Shown here piece after piece: positions 49,772 to 64,000 of a stretch of DNA of 64,000 bases. Under the pieces are notes generated by a model. It worked only from the letters and a program-made list of their open reading frames with translations, ran no database searches and was not told the DNA's origin. The position numbers and the translations under genes are program-made. Every line of letters starts with the position of its first letter. Position 1 is the first letter of the stretch. Source of the stretch: Phaeosaccion multiseriatum (Eukaryota; Protista; Ochrophyta, other classes); contig OZ218963.1 in assembly GCA_965112735.1 (NCBI GenBank), forward strand, positions 434,001 to 498,000, read 5' to 3'.

Positions 49772-51946
49772 ATGATGGTGCACCAAGGCCATAGGCAGGT
49801 GCCGAGGGCGAGTCCCGACATGGAGCTGGAAGCCCGGCTCCGGCAGCAGATCGAGGAGCAGATGCGGCTGCAGCAGGAGCTCAAGCAGTTCCACCGCCAG
49901 CAAGCGCAGGGCCAGAGGGAGGGGAGGGAGGAGGGAAGGCAGGAACGAGAGCAGTCCCACCCGCGTGAACTGGACTGGCAGCAGCAACAGCTCTACCAGC
50001 AGCAGCAACAGGAGGAGCAGCAGGAGCGGGAGGAGTTGGAGAGGCACTACCAACAGCAGAGGCAGTACCAGCAGCAGCAACTGCAGCAACACAGGCAGCA
50101 CCAGGAACAGGTGCAGCAGAAGCAAGCCAAGAACCCTGTATACGCTGTGAGGACCCAAGTCACCGGCCGGCCTACAGTAGTTTTGAATGAAAAGATTCCT
50201 CCCGAGGGCACGGCACGGAAGGAGGACACGCGCTTCCACTGGTACCTCCTGGACGGGGCGTGGTGGAGCGACGAGAGGGGCGAGTCGTTGCCCGGTGCAG
50301 TGCCCGGGCGCCTCTACCCTGTGTATGTGCTTGCTGACGAGCAAGACCAACAGGAGGACCAGTACTTGGTCGTCGACCTGCAACTACTGCAGCGGGTGTG
50401 GGGCGTCGATTGGGTGGAGATGAGGGCGCGGCTGGACATGTGGACTGTCTTAGTGAAGGAGGAGGGTCGCCGGGGACGGCAGCAGAAAGCAGCGCGAGCA
50501 GCAGCTGCAGCAGCAGGAGTGCCAGGGGTGGCATCTGCGGCGGCGCTCGCCCCTCCCCACAAGTGCAGGGCTCAGGTCAGCATGGCGGGCCTTCAGCGCC
50601 AGGCAAACTTGTTCAAGATTAGCTCCGCAGAGGAGTGCGATTCAGCGGCGCGCCTCAACCGACTCGCGGCGGCGCAAGTCGGCCCCGGTAGGAGGACAGT
50701 GTCATCACCATTGTCATCGTCAGCAGCAACCACGGCAGCACCAGTAGCAGCTGGGAAGGGGGCTCAGCAGGCAAGGGCAGTGGGTGCGAGCAGTGCCGCC
50801 ATGGCAGCACCTGCCTCGCTGCAGCGAAGAACGGCGCCCCCGCCCCCCACTCCTCATGCGCCTTCAGCAGCCCAAGCACAAGCAGGACGAGAGCGGCACG
50901 GAGGAGCAGCCCAAGCACAAGCAAGGGCAGGGGACATGTGTACGAGCTCGGAGCAGTGTGCGGAGGGGCAAGAGGAGGGGGTGGAGAAGGAGGAGCGAAT
51001 CGTCGTTGGTGTTGTGCTGGAGCAGGGAGAAGGGGTGAGGCATGTGAGGGCGGTGAGTGGAGGTGCCGCAGGACAAAGACAAAGGAGGCGGGGTGGGGAG
51101 GAAACGGCCCAGTTCTGTAACGCCTCGGCGAGGAGAGTTGAGGAATACAGTCCTACTGCTGCTGGAAGAGGAGGAGGAGGAGGAGGAGGAGGAGGAGGGG
51201 CAAGAAGAGGAGGAGGAGGAGGAGGAGGAGGAGGAGGAGGGCGAGGAGCCTTCCACCACCCTCTGGCGGGTTACCTGCGTGAGGTGGCAGCGGCACTGCC
51301 GAACAAACAGCTCGTGCAGGGGCAGCAACGAAACACGGGAAAGAGGGGTGCGGGTGCAAGTGGCGAGGGAGGGGGAGGGAGAAGCCGCACAGATGCAGCA
51401 GCAGCTGAGGTGCTGAGCAAGTGCAGTGAGACTGAGGGATGCGATGGTGGCCCGCGCGAGGGGGGTGGACACTGCTGCTTGACAGTGGCCATGCCTCGAG
51501 ACCCGAGAGGAGAAGAGGAGCGTGGCAAGAGGGCAGGGGCCGCCGAAGTGTCGGGTGATAAGAGTGCGTCGGTGGAGAAGGGGGAGGATGGGAACAGCCC
51601 GCGGTCGGTGAGGGGAGGGAGCGGGGGCGGAAGCTACCCTGCTGGAGGGCCAGAGGAGGGGAGGGGGGGGGGGAAGAAGAGGCGACTGCAGCTGCAAGAG
51701 CCACACCCACATGCGCAGCAGCGCCAGCCTTACCACCCGCAGAAGCCGCAGCAGTTGTTGATGCAGCAGCAGCTGCCCCGATCGAAGCGAGCGAAGAAGA
51801 ATCCCGTCAGCAAGGCGGCAAGCAAGCCCCCCGCAGCGGGGCGAGGAGGGAGGGCGGCCGTAGCGCACACTGAGCATGCGTCATGCGCATCTTACTCCAA
51901 CTTCTCCAGCCTCCTTGCGGCTGCCGCGTCACTGCTGCCCCCGTAG
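49772..51946 (+). CDS. Q-rich, low-complexity hypothetical protein with one compact unknown domain
   Basis: 724-aa uninterrupted ORF. Globular-looking island VYAVRTQVTGRPTVVLNEK...FHWYLLDGAWW...LYPVYVLA...WGVDWVEMRARLDMW; basic NLS-like patches (KKRR, RSKRAKK). Confidence 0.6.
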   Translation: MMVHQGHRQVPRASPDMELEARLRQQIEEQMRLQQELKQFHRQQAQGQREGREEGRQEREQSHPRELDWQQQQLYQQQQQEEQQEREELERHYQQQRQYQQQQLQQHRQHQEQVQQKQAKNPVYAVRTQVTGRPTVVLNEKIPPEGTARKEDTRFHWYLLDGAWWSDERGESLPGAVPGRLYPVYVLADEQDQQEDQYLVVDLQLLQRVWGVDWVEMRARLDMWTVLVKEEGRRGRQQKAARAAAAAAGVPGVASAAALAPPHKCRAQVSMAGLQRQANLFKISSAEECDSAARLNRLAAAQVGPGRRTVSSPLSSSAATTAAPVAAGKGAQQARAVGASSAAMAAPASLQRRTAPPPPTPHAPSAAQAQAGRERHGGAAQAQARAGDMCTSSEQCAEGQEEGVEKEERIVVGVVLEQGEGVRHVRAVSGGAAGQRQRRRGGEETAQFCNASARRVEEYSPTAAGRGGGGGGGGGGARRGGGGGGGGGGGRGAFHHPLAGYLREVAAALPNKQLVQGQQRNTGKRGAGASGEGGGGRSRTDAAAAEVLSKCSETEGCDGGPREGGGHCCLTVAMPRDPRGEEERGKRAGAAEVSGDKSASVEKGEDGNSPRSVRGGSGGGSYPAGGPEEGRGGGKKRRLQLQEPHPHAQQRQPYHPQKPQQLLMQQQLPRSKRAKKNPVSKAASKPPAAGRGGRAAVAHTEHASCASYSNFSSLLAAAASLLPP

Positions 51947-52178
51947 GGCCGGTGCACAAAAACGTAGGAAGACAGAAGGAAGGATTTGTTAGTATATCAA
52001 GAAGACCTGAAGTGAGGGATGTGTGTGTAATTGCCATCGTGCCATCATACTTTGAGAGGATGGTGTAGTGACACACACTACACTTAACAAACAAATACTA
52101 GTACAACAGAAAACGAAGGATTGGCCGAAAAGGGGCAGCCCGCTATTATATTGAGGGGGGGCGAGAATGAGAGAGTGG

Positions 52179-52236
<58 letters not shown>

Positions 52237-52535
52237 TATTGATTTGACCCAAAAAATGGTTGAGAGTTGAGAGTACAACGTATGAGCAGACTCACAGGTG
52301 AGGGTGTTGGTAATTCGCCCCTTCCTTCCGCGTCGGCAATTTCGCCGGCAACGCGCAGCGCGCTGCGCTTGGCAAACGACCGTTGGGTCGCTCTCCTGTT
52401 CCAGAGAGAAGAGGAGGAAGCAAAGCAAGACAGGTCCTGACCACTCTCTCCCTTCTCCGGGAGCTCTCTTGCCCCAGGAAGAAGAGAAGGAGGAAGAAAA
52501 AGAGGGGAGGGAGGAACAGAAGAAATTTCTTGACA

Positions 52536-57533
<4,998 letters not shown>

Positions 57534-57558
57534 TGGTGCTGTTTGTTAGAGGGGGGCC

Positions 57559-57601
<43 letters not shown>

Positions 57602-58247
57602 TCTCTCTTCAGCTTCTCTTGTCTTTCTCTCCTCTATGTCTCTCCCGCCTTCTCTCTCTCTCCATTGCTGCGGTGTAGTAGTGTAATGAGGGGAAGAGTG
57701 GTTCAGTTATTTAATTATGGCGGTGCGTTGTTGCGTGTGTGTTATCCCCCGGAGGGACTTGCTTATTTGGTTTGTTTTCTTGTTCTGTGTGTTGATGTTG
57801 GGCATCAATGTTGGGCATCAATGTTGGGCATCAATGTTGGGTAATTAATGTTTGGAAGCTGTAGTGGCCGGCGCTCGGTCCACTTGCACTGTGATAGTTG
57901 GCAAGGTTCAAGAGACAGTGAAGAGATTTTGATGTGATGGTGTGGGAGGCGCGCCTCTCTTGTAGAAGGTGTGTGTTTACTCCCCCCCCCCCCCCCCACG
58001 TGCTGGAAGTACTCTTAGTTTTTAGTTTTTTAGCAGGTGCTGTTATGTGTTAGTGTAAGTAAGGGTACCTCAATGAATTACGTTCCAATCAAGCCAAAGG
58101 CAGAGGCTTCAGTCAAGCCAAAGGCGGCGCCTAGATCGGCCGAAGCAAAAGGCCCTGAGAAGGAAGGAGTACGGGAAACTCATTGACTTACTACATTTTT
58201 TTTTCCCTCCCCTTTCCCCTTTAAAATACACTGTAGCCAGTGCTACA

Positions 58248-60116
58248 ATGCCGAGCGCTTACGAGCAGCAGCGGCAGCGCAACATTGAGCGGAACCTCGG
58301 TCGTCTTCGAGAGCTTGGGCTGGATCAGCGCACCAGCAGGGCTGCGGCGAGAGGCCAGCCTCGTGGGCCAAGCAGGAAGAGGGGTCGCGCCAGTGCTTCT
58401 GCCGCTACAGCAGGAGAGGCTTCGTCTACTTCAACGGGAGGGGGGCTTGCGATTGAGCCGCGGAGGTCTCTACGGAAAAGGGGGCTGAATAGTCCGGTAT
58501 ACGATGTGAGTGCTTCACTTCACATCCCGTTTTTCCATCCTCCTTCACCCTCCTTAATCCACCATGTGGTCACCTTTTATCGGTCTAAAACGCAGGAGGA
58601 GAACACCATAGTGCTTACTCAATCATCCTCTATGTGTGCCTTTTCGTTGTCGTCGGTCTATACTGAATGCAGGAGAAAATTATAGGCTATGACGATGATG
58701 CGTCTGCACAGGCATCATCCCGAGCCAAGCCTCCCAAAAATAGGACATTGGCGGCTCGCAAAGCCCCCGCTGAGCCCAAACCGCTACCAGCAGATAGCAG
58801 CAGGTAAGAGAAGAGGAAAGGGGAAAGAGGGAAGCGGCAGGAGTGCAGAATATACGAGAGAGGGAGTTGGGAAGGGTGTGATTTGCTGGAGGCGCAAACG
58901 ATGAAGCAAATGGGCAAGAATACGGAGGCGAGATCATGAAAAGGATGGCGCGGTGGGGATCAGGTTCAGGGTGGTCAGTGCCCTTACAATCTAGCCCCTG
59001 AGAGCTTCTCCTCCTCCTCCTCCTCCTCCTCCTCCTGCAGGAACTTGCTGTGCAATGTGCCGCTGCTGCTCGGCTCATATCTAGGCAAGGGCATGCCCGC
59101 CACCGGTAAGGCGTGCGTGATGGAGCTGTCGTCGACAACTGTGAAGCCCAGATTCAGCAAGTGAGTGGCTGGGGGAAGGAGGGAGGGGGGGAGGGGGTGG
59201 ATGAGAGGGTGAGTGGATGTGTTGTTTTGTGCGAGCGTCCATTATCTCCTCTCCTCGCCCCGTGCACCGCCAAAGCGCCAAGTCTTCAATCATCACGCCC
59301 ACCCCCCCCCTCGTGTCTTTGTTTGCGGCATACAGGTACTCTGGAGTGGTGGAGTGGGGCAACGCCATCTTCCTGTGGGTCAACATTGGAGGGAAGGACT
59401 ACGACAACGCCTTTACTGGGGTGGGCAAAGATGAAGGGCTGCCTCTATCTACAGCTCCTTCCTCTCCTTCTGCTTCTGCTTCTACGTCTGCTTCTGCGTC
59501 TGCCCCTTCTCCGGCCAGCAGAAGGGGTGTCAGGGGGGGGCAGCAGCAGCAGCAGCAGGCAGAGGAGAGGGGCGAAGAGGAGGGGGAGGGGGGGGAGAAG
59601 GAGGTGGAGGGGGAGGGGGAGGACGAGGGGGAGAGAATCCGTATGACATGGTATGCAGGGTCTAGACACACCGAAGACACGCCCGTCATTCGGAGGATGC
59701 TCAAGGCGAGAGAAGCTGCCAATGCAGCAGTTGGTGATACAGCAGCACCATCACCAGCACTCTCACCAGCAGAAGCAGCAGCACTAGTGGGAGAAGAAGC
59801 AGTAGAAAGGGAAGCGGGGCAGACGTCACCACCACCCTCTGTACCACCCTCTGTACCACCACCCTCTGTACCATCACCATCACTATCACCACCACCCGTG
59901 GAGTCGCAGCAGCCCCAACAAGGGGAAGGGGGCGGAGATGGAGACGTAGTGATCCTGTTGTGCCGCCTCCCCGGAGAGCCCTACGTTTGCTGCGGTCGAG
60001 TCAAGTACGTGGCGCATGTAGTGAGCTCCTCTCCTCTACGCTTCACTTGGGAGCTGCTGGACTCGGTGGCGCTGAGGAGGAGCAAGCCCTTCAAGGCCAT
60101 CCTTGAAGCTATTTAA
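58248..60116 (+). CDS. Protein with an N-terminal YEqqRqrNIerN..L..LGL helix and a C-terminal DUF3427/SRA-like (PUA-fold) domain
   Basis: Exons 58248-58506, ~58673-58804, 59041-59160, 59336-60116. Spliced core: YLGKGMPATGKACVMELSSTTVKPRFSKYSGVVEWGNAIFLWVNIGGKDYDNAF...MTWYAGSRHTEDTPVIRRML...VILLCRLPGEPYVCCGRVKYVAHVVSSSPLRFTWELLD. Confidence 0.75.
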
Positions 60117-60132
60117 TCATCTACTTAATTAA

Positions 60133-60709
60133 CACTCGATTTGCGTAAAAATCGCCCAAATCGCCCGATTTCTGGCCCAAAACGGTTTTAGCGCATTTGC
60201 AGGAAAATGACGCTGGGAGGAGCGCTATAGCTCTTCGTGTAGCTCTTTGAGATCCCCACCGATCCATGGTCTTTCGGCTTTCATCGCCTCTTCCCTTCCG
60301 TAGTTGTCAGCATTTCCGCAGCAGCACCCCCTTCCCGGGGGGGGGGGAAAGGGGGATATGCACGCCACGGAAATCGCTCATGGGCAGCTTGCCCGCCCTT
60401 CTGCAAGAGAACAGGCGCAGCGCTACGGCGGCTAGCCACAGTGGAGCAGCAGCAGGACCCTTGGCAAGCCTGGTGCGATTTCCGTGGCGTGCACATCCCC
60501 CGTCCCCCCCCCGCCGGGAAGGGGGTGCTGCTGCGGAAATGCTGATAACTACGGAAGGGAAGAGGCGATGAAAGCCGAAAGACCATGGATCGGTGGGGAT
60601 CTCAAAGAGCTACACGAAGAGCTATAGCGCTCCTCCTAGCGTCATTTTCCTGCAAATGCGCTAAAACCGTTTTGGTCGAAATTTGGGCGATTTTTACGCA
60701 AATCGAGTG
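60133..60709. mobile_element. Non-autonomous foldback/MITE, piggyBac-like (TTAA target duplication), ~240-bp TIRs
   Basis: TTAA(60129-32)|CACTCGATTTGCG...CGCAAATCGAGTG|TTAA(60710-13). The arms 60133-60377 and 60475-60709 are near-perfect reverse complements; there is no transposase. Confidence 0.9.
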
Positions 60710-61800
60710 TTAAAATCACAGCTAATTTGATCACAGAAGGATAGTTATGGTTGTCTAAAAGTAATGTCTCACCGCTTCGGAGGAAGGACACATATATTGA
60801 CTTAAGAGGAATCACCTGAGAAACTGAAACTGAAAGTGTGTGTGTGGGTGTGTGTGAGACGAGAGTGTCAAGGTGGGGAGGAGGGGGGACGCGTGCACGA
60901 TTGGAGAACCAAGAGTAGACCCCGAACGGCGGAGGCCGCCGAAGCGACTGCCGCCGAACAAGGGAGAACTCGCGCCAGGACCAACCTGCCCCTCCGCGCA
61001 AAGGGCGTTAGGAGGGACAGGCCGGCCGCCCAAGAAGGTGGGCTGCCACTGGGGAGTTCTACTAGAGTGTGTGCACGGATCCCCCCCCCTCCCTGCCATG
61101 ACCTTCCGTCCCGAGCTAAGAGGTGAGGCAGGCGGAGAAGGGGAGGTCAAACTAGGTCAGGAGCAGATAGAAAGCAGTCGTAGCAGTCCACATCACCAAG
61201 GCTTCGCCCGGAAGACAGCCAGGGGGAGGTGTTCGGGCACGGGGAAAAAAGGCCCTCCTTGCGCTGTTGCTTGGGTTGCGAAGGAGGGAAAACCCGCACC
61301 CCGGGGGAGCGCTCCTCATCGGCCGAGGCCTAGAGCGTCCGCCGGGGCAGGCCGTCGAGACGACCGTCGCTGCACTGCCCAAGAGAAATCCGTTACAGAT
61401 ACACACCGGTGAGGGTGGTTATGTGGGGGTCACCGGCGGGGGTATACCCACTAAAACTCTTGGGGGCGGGCAAGCGGCGAGAGACGCGCCGTTCCCCCTG
61501 CAGGGTGGGCCCTACAGGGGGTCGTCTCGTACTGCGTGTCCTACATCACCTCCTTCCGGGGTCATCAGCCCACCTCCCAACCCCTGAAAATGGCACCTCA
61601 CCCTGGCATCGAATATGCCTGACCCAGATAGCGTCCGGGGTCTTCCGCCAGGTAGCGTCCCTCTTCAACGGAAGGAAAAATGTAGAGGATCTGTGATCCT
61701 TCGAAGAACCAATCTCTTAACCAAGCCCCATCTTCCAAATCCCCTCTCCCCCCTTCCTCCTTCTTTCCCTTCTCCTTCATTCCTCTTTGTTTCACCTGCC

Positions 61801-63588
61801 ATGCAGCGAGCATTTGCTATGGTGAGGGGGGCGCTAAGGGGCGCCACTGGGCGCGGAGGGGTGGAAGCAGCAGGAGCTGGGTCTTTGAAGAGGAGAAGGC
61901 CTGGAGAGGACGACGACGCCTACTGGAGACGGAGGCTGGAGGAGTCCATCACCGCCTTGAAGGGAGATGGGAAGATGCCCGTCGCTGAGAGCACTCTCAA
62001 GTGAGTGGTGTGGTGCCTTTGTAGTTTGCTGCTCCTTTTATTTTGCCTGCGTTGCTAGGTGCTCTTCCCCTTTTGTGGTTGTGGGGCGTATTGGTGTAGG
62101 CGGCGCTGTGCTTCATCTAGTCATCTTCTTCCTTGTCTTCTTCTACTACTTTATTCTCCTTCACCCACCTGGGCTCTTCATCTTGTCGTGTTGAGCGATG
62201 GAAAGGGGCCTCCGCAGCCTCACTGAGACACGTGTTCGCCTCCTGCTGCCTGTCTTCTGTTGTGCGTCCTTCACGTTTACAGGCTGGCCTCCACTCTGCA
62301 GCAGCAGGAGAAGCAGCAGCCTCAGAAGAAGCAGCAAGTGATCAAGAACAAGAAGAAGAGCGCCCGAGAGAGGCTGGAAGAAGAGGCGAAGCTCCTCGGT
62401 ACGCAACGGCAGAGGGAGAGCAGAGAGCAGAGACTGCCTGAAGAGGAGGAGCGCTTCACTAGTTGGTTGCACACCTTCGCTGGTTGCATAAAGAACTCTC
62501 TCCATCACCACCCGCCCGACGCTGCTGCTACTGTTGCTGCTTCTAAACTCGAATTCTCTCTACGTGCTGTCTCTCATCCCCCTCTTCCTGAGTGATTCCT
62601 ATTAAGTCAATAAAGTTGTCCCTCCCCCTCTTCCCCGCCTCTCCCTCCCCCTCTCTGTGCGTTGTGCGTGCCTGTACCTTTGTGTCTGTGCGCGCGTGTG
62701 TGTGCGTGCGTGCGCAGAGGACACCCCTTCCGCCGAGCTGCACCTCCTGGCCAATGCTTACTTCGAAGGTGCCGAGGGCGTTGAGCAGGACAAAGACAGG
62801 GCAGTCAGGCTGTGGGCCCTCGCGGCGGGCAAGGCAGGGGAGCTAGACCTCACAGGTATGGGCAGCAGGCCGAGGCCGAGGGGGAGGGGGGGGGCGATAG
62901 GCAGGCAGGCAGGCAGGCAGATAGGTAGGCAGGCATATGGGCACAGACAGCGAAGGGCAAGAGGGAAGGTGAAGGGGAAAGGGGCAAAGGAGGCCTTCTT
63001 TTCACCCCAGCTGCTCGCACCCCAGAGGGGTATTTCTGTTCTATTCCCATGCTCGCCTGACTGCAGGTCTTTCTGGTACTTTATTGCTATTGCCCTGCCC
63101 CTTTGCTGGCTTTGCTTCCTCTCCCCCCCGCCCCTCCTTCATTGGGAGCAGCCGGCCCCGAAGGCCCCCGACAGGTGGTCAGTGCCCTCACCGGTACGTC
63201 GGGAAAGAGGAAGGAGAAGATGGCGGCTTCACTGTACAGCCTTGCATCGTGTCTCCGATCAGGCGAAGGCGTAGCGGTCCCGCAGCCTGAGAAGGCCGCG
63301 ACGTTCTATAGAGAGCTCGCCCAGGGAGGAGACGGCCCCGCAGCCTACAACCTTGCTGTCATGCTTACAGCAGGGGAGTTGAGCGGCAGTGGCAGCAAGA
63401 AGGGAGGGAGGAAGGAGGAGAAGGCAGGGGGGCGGGTGGAGGAGGGGGATGAGGAGGAGGAAGGGGAGGAGGAGGAGGGGGAGGGGGAGGAGGAGGAGGA
63501 GGAGGAGGAGGAGGAGGAGGAGGAGGAGGAGGAGGAGGAGGCGCTGAAGTGGTATCTCCAAGCTGCGAACAAGGGCGTGCCAGGAGCG
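61801..63588 (+). CDS. SEL1-like repeat protein (partial; continues past the window), possible mitochondrial presequence
   Basis: LHLLANAYFEGAEGVEQDKDRAVRLWALAA; SLYSLASCLRSGEGVAVPQPEKAATFYRELAQGGDGPAAYNLAVML; EALKWYLQAANKGVPGA. The N-terminus MQRAFAMVRGALRGA is R-rich and free of acidic residues. Confidence 0.85.
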
Positions 63589-64000
63589 GTAAGGAGACCG
63601 CCGACCCCCCGGGGCGCGTGAAAGAGTGGAGGGTGTGAGGAGTGTGAGGAGCCCTGATCGTATGGTTTGGCCTCGCTCTTCTTGTTGTGGTTGTTGTTGT
63701 TCTTGTTCTTGTTGTGGTTGTTGTTGTGGTTGTTGTGGTTGTTGTTGTTGTTGTTGGTGGTGGTGTTGTTGTTGGTGTTGTTGGTGTTGTTGTTGTTGTT
63801 GTTGTTGTTGTCGGGTGTTGTTGTGTTGTGTTGTTGTTGTTGCTGTTATGGTTGTTGTTGTCGTCGTCGTTGTTGTTGTCATTGTTGTTGTTGTTGCTGC
63901 TGCTGCTGTCGTTGTTCTTGTTATTGTTCTTCTTCTCACTCTCCACCTCCCCTCATCCCCACACCCACTAACTGCCTTGCCTTCCCTGCCGACTCGGGCC

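Noticed and set aside
60266-60586. Two mirror-image 101-aa ORFs
   Set aside because: They are an artefact of the palindromic MITE arms and show no transposase motifs.
60780-61700. GC-rich ORFs upstream of the SEL1 gene
   Set aside because: They are short overlapping ORFs without recognisable domains, so a gene cannot be supported.

Overview
Eukaryotic nuclear DNA: GC-rich exons, many GT-AG introns packed with microsatellites. It is most consistent with a photosynthetic stramenopile (ochrophyte), because the cytosolic Hsp70 ends in EEID and several proteins have a signal peptide followed by Phe, like a bipartite plastid-targeting sequence. The first ~16 kb looks like an unstable accessory zone. 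It holds a tandem array (>=3 copies) of an orphan 5-exon protein built from a duplicated 42-aa module, a broken 5' copy of a Tyr/Trp permease joined to a 5'-truncated GnT-I (MGAT1) pseudogene, and two intronless, convergent glycosyltransferase-like genes bracketed by a perfect 28-bp inverted repeat. The rest carries the intact Tyr/Trp permease, a calmodulin-like gene head-to-head with a large EF-hand-like gene, a possible TEDC2-like ORF, a relic RLE-type non-LTR retrotransposon and a GT8-like/sulfotransferase fusion. It ends with Hsp70 (heat-shock element upstream), a Q-rich orphan, a membrane metallophosphoesterase, a gene joining a CDCA7-type N-terminal helix to a DUF3427/SRA-like domain, a TTAA-flanked foldback MITE and a SEL1-repeat gene. 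A 14-bp word (CAGTTGGTGATACA) recurs across the window in exons (different frames), introns and a UTR. All gene models were spliced by hand and all family assignments come from recalled motifs, not database searches.
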